A stretch of 64,000 nucleotides of DNA from a virus. The position numbers and the translations under genes are program-made. This document shows, piece after piece, positions 8,618-18,636 of the stretch. The notes beneath the pieces are model-generated. The model ran no database searches, was not told where the DNA came from, and saw only the letters and a list, made by a program, of their open reading frames with translations. The stretch is from IMG/VR virus record IMGVR_UViG_3300033141_005269, positions 1 through 64,000 of that record; one strand, given 5' to 3'. How positions within the stretch are numbered: the stretch's first letter is position 1; each line of letters begins with the position of its first letter.

Positions 8618-10808
8618 TCCGGATTATAAAATAACTTTTCGTGGCAGCTCATATTACCCTGAAACGTTAATCGTAAAAAGAGAGGTTAATCGACCAGCTA
8701 CTTTCGAGTTTACATTGCCAAATGAGGAGGGTGAATACACAGATATTTTCGCTCCGGGAAATACAGGAATAATGGTCAATTTGGAAGGAAAGAATGTTCT
8801 ATATGGCTTAATAAGAAACGTGCGGCACAGTATCGACGAGAATGGAGAAATTGTTCGAGTTATTGGCGAGGATTACCTAGGTCCGTGTGCTGATGAATTA
8901 ATATTCAGATACTTCTTTAAAAGCGATGTCGCCGATATAGTAGTTAACGTTTTGCCTTCAGACTTCGATACGACAGATGTTGTAAGCACGCATACAAGCG
9001 GATCGTTACTAGCTTTCGAAGATGAGAGCCGTTTAAGGGTCGTAAGGGATTTAGCTGAAATCGCGAGATCTGAGACGCAATTCGGTTATGACTTTTATCT
9101 TTCGCCAAGCAAAACATTCCACTTCTTTCCGAGAAAGTCAAGAGATAGTTACAAGCGATTTGTTTATGGTTCAGACTTCGCGACTTTTAACTATGAGAAG
9201 GACATCTCCCAACTCGCGAATATAGTTCGAGTTTACGGACAAGGTAGATTGTATAAACCACCAGACAAAGAACTCGGAACTGAAGGTCAAAGCACTGGAT
9301 GGGATGGATTAGGATTTGGCGGAGGAACACCAACTGAGAAGACTGGAGCGGAATATGTAGCAACGGGAACTTATTCAATTAAATTCGAAATTGCTGCGAC
9401 AGAATCGGGTGGTTATTGGAATGTCTTATATCCTAGTGGAAAAAACCTAAATTATAATCTTCGAGGGTTTGAATACTTCAGAGTTAAAATGCTTGATGCA
9501 ACTGGAGCACTAACCGTCAAATTAAAAACGGCTCCGAGTGATTACTTCTACTGGGAATGGAAGAATCCAAGCGATGGATGGCGAGAAGTTTTCGCACCTT
9601 TAAAAGATTTCAAAGTTTATGGCAAACCTGACTGGAACGAAATTAATTACGTTCAATTCGACTTCTCGAGAGTAGATGTTGGGCACGAACTTTATCTGGA
9701 CGGAATGTATTTTTATGGCAGAACATTTTATGAAGTTTCAGACCAAGCTTCAATTTTGACTTATGGAAGTAAAATGAAGGTAATTCAAGACTGGAGCATA
9801 TCGACTTCAGATGAAGCTCGCTTTGTCGCTGAAGCAATCCTCGATCAGCTTAAAGAACCGATAGAAAGAATTCAGTTCGAGACAGAGGGTGATCCAGAAT
9901 TAGACCCGGGATATCTCGTTCAATTAAAAGTCCCGCAGTTAAATGTAACTGGACATTATCGAACAGTTGGAATAACTCATATGGTCGATGAAGGCGGATT
10001 TAGAAATCAAGTTAGGTGTGCTTATGAACCACCAGATTTCAATAATATGATAGGAAATTTAGCGAATGTGCTTTCGATGAGCGCGCCTAAAAGAAAAGGA
10101 ATTAATGAGCCGGGAGCTTTAAGCGAATGGGAGCCAGATATAACTCGCGAGAAAATCGCACCTCAAGCTATTACGACGAGAAAGATAGATGAAAGTGCAG
10201 TAACAGTAGAGAAAATTGATGACACGCGGGACATTTATCTTAATAAACAACATGTAAGATTTACCGGGGAGTCCGAGTCTGGATATACGAGATATACTCA
10301 GGGCTCGGCTTCGATATCAGTTGTCGCAGGCAGAATTCAACTTTCAACTGGAGCAACTGCCGGGAGCATAGCAAGAATTTATTCTACGGCAGAAGTTCTA
10401 GACTATAGCAAAAATCCGCGATTCAAAGCCAAAATTAAATACGTGACAGTTAATTTCCAGGCGGGCAGCCGTGCTTTAGTCCTAAATTTTTCAAGCGCTG
10501 GTGACGAGGGCTTTGGGTTTTATGTAGATAATGGGACGTTGAAAACATGGATTAATGCGGGGGGAACGTTATATAACCATACGATAAAATCATTGAATGA
10601 TGGCGATACTGTCATACTGGAAGCGATTTACTATAGCGGCGAGAAGATTGAGTTTTATGTGGACGATGTATTAGAATATACAGAAACAACTCATCTGCCG
10701 GATACGAATGCGAAGGGCAATCAGATGTACCTCGATGCATATAATGGAACTGAAGCTGCCGATAGAGTATTACAATTAGAATATTGGAGCGCGTTTCAAG
10801 ATTGGTAA
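8601..10808 (+). CDS. Tail hub/tip protein with inserted carbohydrate-binding-like and C-terminal lectin-like domains
   Basis: Follows TMP; NIVRVYG, GDPELDPG; ITREKI/ITTRKI/VTVEKI repeats. Confidence 0.7.
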   Translation: MEFLPNPDYKITFRGSSYYPETLIVKREVNRPATFEFTLPNEEGEYTDIFAPGNTGIMVNLEGKNVLYGLIRNVRHSIDENGEIVRVIGEDYLGPCADELIFRYFFKSDVADIVVNVLPSDFDTTDVVSTHTSGSLLAFEDESRLRVVRDLAEIARSETQFGYDFYLSPSKTFHFFPRKSRDSYKRFVYGSDFATFNYEKDISQLANIVRVYGQGRLYKPPDKELGTEGQSTGWDGLGFGGGTPTEKTGAEYVATGTYSIKFEIAATESGGYWNVLYPSGKNLNYNLRGFEYFRVKMLDATGALTVKLKTAPSDYFYWEWKNPSDGWREVFAPLKDFKVYGKPDWNEINYVQFDFSRVDVGHELYLDGMYFYGRTFYEVSDQASILTYGSKMKVIQDWSISTSDEARFVAEAILDQLKEPIERIQFETEGDPELDPGYLVQLKVPQLNVTGHYRTVGITHMVDEGGFRNQVRCAYEPPDFNNMIGNLANVLSMSAPKRKGINEPGALSEWEPDITREKIAPQAITTRKIDESAVTVEKIDDTRDIYLNKQHVRFTGESESGYTRYTQGSASISVVAGRIQLSTGATAGSIARIYSTAEVLDYSKNPRFKAKIKYVTVNFQAGSRALVLNFSSAGDEGFGFYVDNGTLKTWINAGGTLYNHTIKSLNDGDTVILEAIYYSGEKIEFYVDDVLEYTETTHLPDTNAKGNQMYLDAYNGTEAADRVLQLEYWSAFQDW

Positions 10809-11071
10809 GAATAAAATTTAAAAAGAAAATTTTCTCTCCGGAGACATTAACACGAAAAACTCCAATTCGTGCTATCGAAGAGTCTCCAGAAGGAATTACT
10901 ATAGATTTTGATGGAACGCCTTCTGCCAATGAATTGAAAGAAATAAAAGAGTATATCATGAGAGTTAAAGGATACGTTGAAGATGGCATAGTCATAAAAA
11001 CTGAAGAAAAAGACTTATCCGTGTTACATCCTTATTCTGATATCAATGAATCGGAGGATAAGAAACAATGA
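10784..11071 (+). CDS. Hypothetical tail-region protein
   Basis: Co-oriented ORF in the tail operon. Confidence 0.45.
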   Translation: MERVSRLVRIKFKKKIFSPETLTRKTPIRAIEESPEGITIDFDGTPSANELKEIKEYIMRVKGYVEDGIVIKTEEKDLSVLHPYSDINESEDKKQ

Positions 11072-11490
11072 CTTTTGTGATTGGTGTCGTAGAATTACCT
11101 GAACCCTTGGCATTAGAACGGATAAATGAAATTATTCGAATTCGAAGTGCAGTGCACAACATCGCACATGGACTTTCAAAAGTTAGGTGGTTCGGAGTTG
11201 GAAAGCCACGCAGAAGATATAGCGGAAGATGCTACGACGAAAGCGCTTTAAGAAAACTCGAGAGTTTGAAAGAGATGTTTAGAAATCCAAGTTTCAATTA
11301 TCCGTTATATGCCATGCTTGACGAAAACTTTTTCTTTATTCCAGAAAGCTTTAGTTATGATAAAATTGGCGGGTATAATGATTATTTCCGCTTCGACCTC
11401 GCGTTAATTTGGTATGGAAATACCGGAGGCCATGTAAGAGGTTATAAGGTAGAAGATTTAGAATCAATTAGTAATGATTGGGGGCTGTAG
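11068..11490 (+). CDS. Putative distal-tail-like protein
   Basis: Beta-rich, 140 aa, in the tail operon. Confidence 0.45.
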   Translation: MTFVIGVVELPEPLALERINEIIRIRSAVHNIAHGLSKVRWFGVGKPRRRYSGRCYDESALRKLESLKEMFRNPSFNYPLYAMLDENFFFIPESFSYDKIGGYNDYFRFDLALIWYGNTGGHVRGYKVEDLESISNDWGL

Positions 11491-11503
11491 TAGGTGAAAA
11501 AGA

Positions 11504-11767
11504 ATGATAAGAATTAAAAGTTTAGCTCGAGAATTAGACGCAGCAGTGATAACTATTGAATTCGATGATTCAGATGGCAACTTGCACGAAATAACGCATA
11601 AAGTGTCAGCTAGCTTGCTGAATAATATGACGGAAGAAGAAATAAAAAGGAAAATTAAGAATGTAGTCGCCATTAAGAGAATGAATTTAATCGAGACAAG
11701 CTTGCGCGAGAAACTCGAGAAAATGATGGGTGTTGATTTGGAGGCAGGTGAAAGTGCCGAGTTATGA
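11504..11767 (+). CDS. Hypothetical protein
   Basis: AGGTG SD; within the tail operon. Confidence 0.55.
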   Translation: MIRIKSLARELDAAVITIEFDDSDGNLHEITHKVSASLLNNMTEEEIKRKIKNVVAIKRMNLIETSLREKLEKMMGVDLEAGESAEL

Positions 11768-14700
11768 GTTAGCCCTTCCTCCGGGCACGAAGAACATTAA
11801 GATTAAAACTTCAACGCAAGAAATCCCAGTAGACTGGTCGTTTACTCGAGATGGTAAGGACGGAGCAGAGGTAATTGTGCCCCTCATGTCGGGCGACGAG
11901 TTCGTCGGTGAAGTCTTAGAAGGCAACTGGCTAAAAGGTGACGATGGAAGTATTCAAGGACCGTTCACGGCGAAGATAAATAATGGATACTTAGAGATGA
12001 CTGGGAGAAGCAATTCGGCAGGAACATATAGAAGTGGTTGGCTTTCCTCACAAAATAAGATACCACTACTCGATGACTTGATAATTGATATTCATCTCAA
12101 ACTGCCAAGCCATTCCTCTTCGGACGCCTTCGAATTTCAATTCTTGTTGTCGGATACTGGTCAAGGTTCTAATCCTGTTTCAAGTAACTATCTACGGGTG
12201 ATGATTCATACAGACACTTCTTCTTATAAGATTTATGCAGACAAAACAATAAATGGCGTTACTACTCGTCTAATAGATTATGTAACAGTTTCGAATTCAG
12301 AAGGCATCTTCCGGATAAAATTCGAAGAGAATAAAAGCGGACATTATCATACACATATTTATTATCATGATGGATCTGGTTCAGTAGATGAAACAACTGA
12401 TGAAGTCTCTGGAAGTCCATTTCAGCTTGGTCTATCTATATCATCAGCGTACCCCGCATTTAGATTTCCGATATCAGAAACAACCAATCGCACAGTCAGC
12501 AGCGACTTCGTTCGCGTCACCTATCCAGACTTCAAGGTTGTTTACGACTTAGACGACGATGCGGTTATTGGTGAAGGCGAAGAGTTACTCGAGAAGGCCT
12601 GGGATACATCAGGGAATGAGAACCATGGAACGGTGCATGAAGCGACGTGGCGAAGAGATGGGAAGTATGGAAAGGCGCTAGAATTTGACGGTGATGACTA
12701 CGTGGACATGGGTAATGCGTTATCCTCGATTGGAAGCTTTACTATTGAGGCATGGATAAAACCAGATGATATATCTGGCATCAAAACTATCGCAGGAAAA
12801 CTTTCTTATGGCGCCCTAACTGGTCAAGTTGAATGGGGACTTTATATTTGGAATGAAAGAATTGCAGTCAATATAGCGGATGGAACAGTTAGTAAACTAA
12901 GTTTTGCTGGTCAGTATTTAACAGTTGGTATCTGGCAGCATGTCGCAGTAACTTGGACTCAAGGAGGAACTGTTACTCTATATTTAAACGGGGAAGGAAC
13001 ATCCTCTAGCTATGCTGGAGGAACCCTTAATGATACAGAACCACTTAGAATCGGAGCGTCTAGCCCAAGTTTAGGGAATTATTTCGACGGCATCATCGAC
13101 GAGGTTCGCATCTACAACCGAGCCTTAAGCGAACCAGAAATCCAAACACTCTATAATGGCGGCGAAGTTACAAGCGGCTTGGTCGGCGAATGGCTTTTCG
13201 ACGGAGGCAACAATCGAGGCGAAGTCAAATGTTATTCGGAAGACACTGAAGTTTTAACTAGAAATGGCTTTAAACTTTTCAAAGACTTAACTTTCGAGGA
13301 TGAAATTGCGACACTAAATCCGAAAACTGGTTTGATCGAGTATCATGAACCGAGTAGAATAATTTCGTACTTCTATCATGGCAAAATGTATCGTTTTGGA
13401 GGCAAGAACTCTCCAATCGACTTGCTAGTAACGCCGGATCATAATATGTTCGTAAAGGAAGATCGCTGGAGCAAATATCGATTTATGGATGCCGAAGAAC
13501 TAGCTAAGAAAGCGCCATCGAAGCATTATTCTATAAAGAGAGATGCAAGATGGAAGGGAAAAGAGACTGAATGGTTTGAGCTTCCAATTCCAGAAATTAA
13601 GAAGAAAAGAACCTTCAAACCGAGAATTAAAAAGAAAGTTCCAATTGAATCCTTCCTAAGATTTTTGGGTTGGTATTTAGCTGAGGGCTGTGCAATAAAG
13701 CGAAAAGATGGAGCCTATGAAATTTACATAAGGCAGAAAGACCCCGCAAATGTAGAAGAAATAATCAACTCAGTGGAAGGAATGGGCTTTCATGCTTGGT
13801 ATGATGGGAAATATGTCCGAATAGGTTCAAAACAATTATTCAAATACGTGAAACAGTTCGGGAAATCCTATGAAAAATTTGTTCCGGGATTTATAAAAGA
13901 GCTTAGCCCACATCTGATTAAAATTTTCTTTGAAGCTTTGATGAAAGGCGATGGTCATTATCAAAATGGCAAACTTCGTTCCTTCACTACTACTTCTCCA
14001 AAACTTCGCGATGATGTTCAAGAACTCGCCTTGAAACTTGGAATTCCGGTGGTTATAAGAGAGCGTTCGGGAGAATATAATAAATCAATGGCGAAAGGGA
14101 AATGGAGCCAATTTAACTATCGAACTAGCTGGCAATTATCCTTCGCTACGAAACAACCTAATGCCAGAGCCACGAAAGTTGAGGAAGTTGAATACTCTGG
14201 AATGGTCTATGATGTTACGGTTCCAAATCATACATTATATGTTCGAAGAAATGGAAAGGCAGTTTGGTCGGGCAACTGCTACGACACAAACAACAGCGAT
14301 AATGAGTCTGAGTGGATTCGAGTCCTTGACGTGAACCATCAGTTTGAAGGAGACTGCGTAATAGAAAATGGGCTGATAAGGCTGTGGATAAATGAAGGAG
14401 CACATCAAGGTCTAAAATTCTATTGGTGGAATGGCTCATCGTGGACACTTCAAGTTAGTGATATTGGTATCAAAAGAACCAATGACTGCGATTATCCATT
14501 TCTGAAATCTATTAACTTCATTTCAACTGAATCTGCATGCCTGAATATACGACTAGAAGATTCGGCAACACAAGACAATGATTATTTTGTAGATATACAA
14601 ATAACCCTGAAAAGAGGAAGTTATGCCTTTGAAGTTGATTTTCAACAGGCTTATCCGAATGGTTCAATAGAACCAGACATCAGAGGGTTTGGCGGTGGAT

Positions 14701-15491
14701 TTGTTTATGTCCAAGATGACTTGATAGGCGGTGGAAAACTGAGTCTTACTGCGAATAATCCAACGATGACTGACAATTTCATAGCACAGTTTCTCGAAAC
14801 TGGAAATGCTATTCTATTCGTTGTGGCTGTAAACAAGAAACCTGCAGCAAGTAACCAGTGGTTCAGAAGTTGGACAGGAACAACAATAGAACTAGAAAAT
14901 ATTGATAGCAACGATATAGAAGCCACTAAAATGTATTTGGGACTTATTCCTTTCGCTTACGTTTCCAACCTGTTCAAGGAAGCCGAAAACGCAACGCTTG
15001 GCGGTGGAGCAACAGTTGATTCGTCACAGGGTGATGACAGTGGAGATTCGGTGTTGCTGGATGCACAAGGAAACTTTTTGACTGGAACGGGAGATTATGT
15101 ACATTATCAACTGGCTGACGTCCTCAACAAGCTACCAAAAGGTAGGTACCTTCTGTTTGTGAGAGCTAAGGACTCTGCACAGATAACTGACGATTTAAGG
15201 TTCTACGTTAGAAACACCACAGACAACCGCTACCTTAATGAAGAGAACGATAAGGTTACTAGGACCCTGACTGGTTCCTTCGCTTATTATGGTATCGTGT
15301 TCGATTTGACTGACGATGATTCCGGAGATACAGTGAGTTTCGTAGCAGAAAAGGCAACCACATCCACCAATAGCATTTGGGTCGACTACTTCCTCATCAT
15401 TCCAATTTCAAACGGCAGATCATGGGCACAGGATTTGGCACACGGAGCGTTACGAACGCTTACTCAAACACCAAAAGTTTATCCTCGATAA
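11730..15491 (+). CDS. Large tail/adsorption protein with a LamG domain, intein-containing (true start likely GTG 11748 or 11754)
   Basis: LamG motifs ALEFDGDDYV, FTIEAWIKP, WQHVAVT, FDGIIDEVRIYNRALS. Confidence 0.85.
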   Translation: MLIWRQVKVPSYELALPPGTKNIKIKTSTQEIPVDWSFTRDGKDGAEVIVPLMSGDEFVGEVLEGNWLKGDDGSIQGPFTAKINNGYLEMTGRSNSAGTYRSGWLSSQNKIPLLDDLIIDIHLKLPSHSSSDAFEFQFLLSDTGQGSNPVSSNYLRVMIHTDTSSYKIYADKTINGVTTRLIDYVTVSNSEGIFRIKFEENKSGHYHTHIYYHDGSGSVDETTDEVSGSPFQLGLSISSAYPAFRFPISETTNRTVSSDFVRVTYPDFKVVYDLDDDAVIGEGEELLEKAWDTSGNENHGTVHEATWRRDGKYGKALEFDGDDYVDMGNALSSIGSFTIEAWIKPDDISGIKTIAGKLSYGALTGQVEWGLYIWNERIAVNIADGTVSKLSFAGQYLTVGIWQHVAVTWTQGGTVTLYLNGEGTSSSYAGGTLNDTEPLRIGASSPSLGNYFDGIIDEVRIYNRALSEPEIQTLYNGGEVTSGLVGEWLFDGGNNRGEVKCYSEDTEVLTRNGFKLFKDLTFEDEIATLNPKTGLIEYHEPSRIISYFYHGKMYRFGGKNSPIDLLVTPDHNMFVKEDRWSKYRFMDAEELAKKAPSKHYSIKRDARWKGKETEWFELPIPEIKKKRTFKPRIKKKVPIESFLRFLGWYLAEGCAIKRKDGAYEIYIRQKDPANVEEIINSVEGMGFHAWYDGKYVRIGSKQLFKYVKQFGKSYEKFVPGFIKELSPHLIKIFFEALMKGDGHYQNGKLRSFTTTSPKLRDDVQELALKLGIPVVIRERSGEYNKSMAKGKWSQFNYRTSWQLSFATKQPNARATKVEEVEYSGMVYDVTVPNHTLYVRRNGKAVWSGNCYDTNNSDNESEWIRVLDVNHQFEGDCVIENGLIRLWINEGAHQGLKFYWWNGSSWTLQVSDIGIKRTNDCDYPFLKSINFISTESACLNIRLEDSATQDNDYFVDIQITLKRGSYAFEVDFQQAYPNGSIEPDIRGFGGGFVYVQDDLIGGGKLSLTANNPTMTDNFIAQFLETGNAILFVVAVNKKPAASNQWFRSWTGTTIELENIDSNDIEATKMYLGLIPFAYVSNLFKEAENATLGGGATVDSSQGDDSGDSVLLDAQGNFLTGTGDYVHYQLADVLNKLPKGRYLLFVRAKDSAQITDDLRFYVRNTTDNRYLNEENDKVTRTLTGSFAYYGIVFDLTDDDSGDTVSFVAEKATTSTNSIWVDYFLIIPISNGRSWAQDLAHGALRTLTQTPKVYPR
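13230..14276 (+). mobile_element. Intein with LAGLIDADG domain (349 aa)
   Basis: Starts CYSEDTEVLT; block B VTPDH; LGWYLAEG and LMKGDG; ends VYDVTVPNHTLYVRRNGKAVWSGN followed by Cys+1. Confidence 0.92.
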
Positions 15492-15493
15492 AA

Positions 15494-15772
15494 TTAATGA
15501 GTTAAATATTTCTTGAGATACTTGCGCCACAAAGCTTTCTTAACTCGCTCGATAATTTCGATTACGCCGAAAGTCGCAGCCCACTCATAAGCTTCATCAT
15601 ATGTTACGCCGAAACCAGTCGCAGCGCCACCAACTATCGCGCCAACAATTACTGTTTGAAAGAATTTTTCCGCGTCAAAGTCCTCTTTATCAATCGATTT
15701 CGCATATCCTAACGCGGCATTAAGCATGCCATTAAACATTCCGATTGCGATGTTTTTGAAAAATTCTAACAT
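15494..15772 (-). CDS. Small membrane protein (holin-like)
   Basis: Hydrophobic Gly/Ala segments and a basic C-terminus. Confidence 0.5.
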   Translation of the reverse strand: MLEFFKNIAIGMFNGMLNAALGYAKSIDKEDFDAEKFFQTVIVGAIVGGAATGFGVTYDEAYEWAATFGVIEIIERVKKALWRKYLKKYLTH

Positions 15773-15822
15773 TTCGTTTGAACCTCAGTTAAACTTTTTA
15801 GTCTGAAGTTACTTAAAAAGTT

Positions 15823-16137
15823 TTGGTGTGCAGAGTGGCAAGTAAAAAGACATCGAATAATGAAATATACCGTGTATTACTTGACCACAGCGATAGACTC
15901 GGAAGGATTGAAGGCGAAGTCACGAAGATCAATGAATTGAAAGAAACAATTGAAAAGAATTTTAAGGATTTGAAAAAAGATCTGGGGAACCTCGAAACTA
16001 AAGTCCAGGAGAACTCGAATGATATCATAAAGATTAAGCAGACCGCGAGAACGATAACAAAAGTTGGAGGAATCAGTGGCGGAATTATATCATTTGCTTA
16101 TTTTGTCTTTCAACTGCTTGCTAGTATTGGTAAGTAA
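15823..16137 (+). CDS. Coiled-coil protein with a C-terminal TM helix
   Basis: Heptad pattern followed by GGISGGIISFAYFVFQLL. Confidence 0.5.
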   Translation: MVCRVASKKTSNNEIYRVLLDHSDRLGRIEGEVTKINELKETIEKNFKDLKKDLGNLETKVQENSNDIIKIKQTARTITKVGGISGGIISFAYFVFQLLASIGK

Positions 16138-16785
16138 AACTTCTCGAATATGTTGCAATGCCTTTTTACCGAGACCCTTTATCGAAATGTTTTGCTGATT
16201 AACTGCCTCGAAGAAAGCTTCCGGTGAACCATATTCCGAAAGAATAACTTCTGATATCTTCGCGCCAATGCCCGGTAAACCTTGTAGTAAATATTTTTGC
16301 TTATCACACAAACTCATGCTTTTAGCCGGACTGGTTCGAAGAGTGAATGGGTTTTTAATCCCGCCAGCTCGACGAGCAAGCGAGGCAAGAAAACTTACCG
16401 TCCATGAGCGAGAGGGTAGAACTATAATTGGAACCTTCCAACCATATAAAATACTCGAGATTGCACCGGTTATTGAATTGATATCGACTTTAATCCACTT
16501 ACGTGGATATGCAAGCGAACCTTCAATTAGAATTACTGGACTTGCTTCTGTTTCCTTCATACGTTTAAGCTGATCAAAAATTCGATTTTGGAAAATTGAA
16601 CTCATAAAATCGGTTGGAGTTTTTCGTTCAATTATGAAAGATGTCTTCTCATCACCCCCAAAAATTAGGAAGTCCCCAGTTGGAAGTTTCTGAATGTCCA
16701 CTTGAAGTCCTTTCGAAGCGAGTTTATCGCGAAAGTATTTTTTATGATGCTCGCGAGAATCGATTATTATATCCAAACTAATCAC
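16090..16785 (-). CDS. ERCC4/XPF-family nuclease with HhH domain
   Basis: IDSRE, GDF, ERKT..D, LPGIG, IKGLG. Confidence 0.92.
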   Translation of the reverse strand: MISLDIIIDSREHHKKYFRDKLASKGLQVDIQKLPTGDFLIFGGDEKTSFIIERKTPTDFMSSIFQNRIFDQLKRMKETEASPVILIEGSLAYPRKWIKVDINSITGAISSILYGWKVPIIVLPSRSWTVSFLASLARRAGGIKNPFTLRTSPAKSMSLCDKQKYLLQGLPGIGAKISEVILSEYGSPEAFFEAVNQQNISIKGLGKKALQHIREVLLTNTSKQLKDKISK

Positions 16786-17278
16786 CCTTTGCGGCTTTGC
16801 ATCCCTCTTTAAATCCTTCGAGATAAGCTTCCTGAATCAGCGAAGTTTTCATTAAGTTACGATACATTGCGAAGATTGGATCTGGATACTCGATTTCATA
16901 ACTGAACAATTTCCAGCTTTCGGCTAAGACTCGATCATAGCCTTCTAATAAACGCTGAAAAGAAGCTCCGGAAAGCTTGTTTTGTTCCATCATGCCTATC
17001 GCGCGCAGAATACCCTCGATTGTTTGCTTTTGAAGTTTACGGTGCGCTTTGAGTGGATTATGCCCTTTTGTTTGTTCAGCTTTGACAGCAAAATGACACT
17101 CGGGACAAAGTAAGACGAGATTATCGTACGAGTTACTCGCTGGATTTCCATCTTTATGATGACGATGAAAACCATTGCTCAGAGGATTATTACAATTAAC
17201 ATTACCGCATACTCCGTCTTGCTCGATATATTTACGGGTTACCATGAATTCTGGAAAGTCCTTACGAATTTTGCTCAT
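16778..17278 (-). CDS. HNH endonuclease
   Basis: HHKDGNPASNSYDNLVLLCPECH. Confidence 0.85.
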   Translation of the reverse strand: MSKIRKDFPEFMVTRKYIEQDGVCGNVNCNNPLSNGFHRHHKDGNPASNSYDNLVLLCPECHFAVKAEQTKGHNPLKAHRKLQKQTIEGILRAIGMMEQNKLSGASFQRLLEGYDRVLAESWKLFSYEIEYPDPIFAMYRNLMKTSLIQEAYLEGFKEGCKAAKGD

Positions 17279-17290
17279 TATAAATCACCT

Positions 17291-17710
17291 CTAATTTACC
17301 CAAGATTTTTTTCGCAACCACTTTTTCACTTCGAAACGCGAGTCCTTACCAGCTGGTATATAATGCCCGCCACGCTTTGCAATTTCAAGTTTAACACGTG
17401 CGAAAATGTCTGAGCCGAGATAAGTCTTTGGTTTAATTATCCAGCGATCACCTGCATCCTCGAAATTGAGTAACTTTTTGTCTTCATCATTGAACCAAAA
17501 AGAAGGGTGTTTGCCGAGGTCGAGTTCGAGATACATCGAGACAAGTTTGAAAATATCTTTTCCAAGCTGCGTTATGCCATCGTTTATTAATTGCAACTGG
17601 ACCGAGAGCGAAGTTTCAAGTTTATCTAAACGCTTAAGCAAGGCGTCCTCGAAGTTTTTCTTCTCATCCAATTTAAATCGCCCTAACTTTTTCGCCATCG
17701 AATTCGGCAA
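17291..17710 (-). CDS. Hypothetical protein (start uncertain)
   Basis: Co-oriented ORF in a minus-strand cluster. Confidence 0.55.
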   Translation of the reverse strand: MPNSMAKKLGRFKLDEKKNFEDALLKRLDKLETSLSVQLQLINDGITQLGKDIFKLVSMYLELDLGKHPSFWFNDEDKKLLNFEDAGDRWIIKPKTYLGSDIFARVKLEIAKRGGHYIPAGKDSRFEVKKWLRKKSWVN

Positions 17711-18263
17711 TACCCTGTTTAACCATTTCCCGAATTATTTCGTTTACTGGCGGGTGCTTTGCGAACTTATTGTCAAACCATCTATTCATTTCATCAATGG
17801 TTATTTCGCGAAGAATGGTGAAAACATCCTTGAACGATTCGACATAACTCGAAATATCTTCCTTTGGAACAACTTTTGGAGCCGCAGCCTTAAGGAGCGG
17901 CCCCGAAACCTTTTCAGCGGTGTATACTCGATTGTTCCGAATTTTCGTTTCGCCACGAGCTATTTTTGCCATTTTGTTTTTCAATTTTGGAACCTCATCT
18001 GGGTTGCTTGGATCAGCAAATGCTCTTGAAAGTGCTATCGCGAGTGTTTTGCCTATCCATAGAGTATATGTCTTACCTTTTTCAGCCGGACCAACACTCG
18101 AAAGAGCAGTGCCTTCAACATATTCAACGTCAACACACCATCTGTCCTCATCTTTAACCTGAACCATCCTTGGCTCAGCAAGAAATCGAACGACTGCCCA
18201 TTGTGGATAATTGATTTTCAGGCTTGGTGGATATCTGCTTCTAGAAGCTGAATACCAGCTCAT
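17673..18263 (-). CDS. Hypothetical protein, possibly ssDNA-binding
   Basis: GGAGGTG SD; beta-rich N-domain; in the recombination gene cluster. Confidence 0.5.
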   Translation of the reverse strand: MSWYSASRSRYPPSLKINYPQWAVVRFLAEPRMVQVKDEDRWCVDVEYVEGTALSSVGPAEKGKTYTLWIGKTLAIALSRAFADPSNPDEVPKLKNKMAKIARGETKIRNNRVYTAEKVSGPLLKAAAPKVVPKEDISSYVESFKDVFTILREITIDEMNRWFDNKFAKHPPVNEIIREMVKQGIAEFDGEKVRAI

Positions 18264-18636
18264 TTTGACACCTCCGTAACTATTTCAAAGCCTATTGCGT
18301 CGAAGTTTTCATTAACTTCGGTCCTAATATCGACTACTTCTTCGTCTTCTGGAATTTCCAGAAGCTTGCATAGCTCGTTTATCGAATATCGCCTTATCAC
18401 ATGAAGTTTCTTTTCCAAACTCAAAACCTCCAAATCGATACTTGATGTATGTCTTTGTGTTATATTTAAACATTGTGCTACTAACCGGGGAAGCTTTATA
18501 TATGGCGTTTTGACATACTAAATTCGTGAAGAGGTGAAAAAACTGAACAAATTAATGCTTGGAATACTAATACTTTGCTTACCTTTCATAACCCTGGTTC
18601 CGGCATTAGCTTTGATTATGCTACGAAAAGCGAGGA

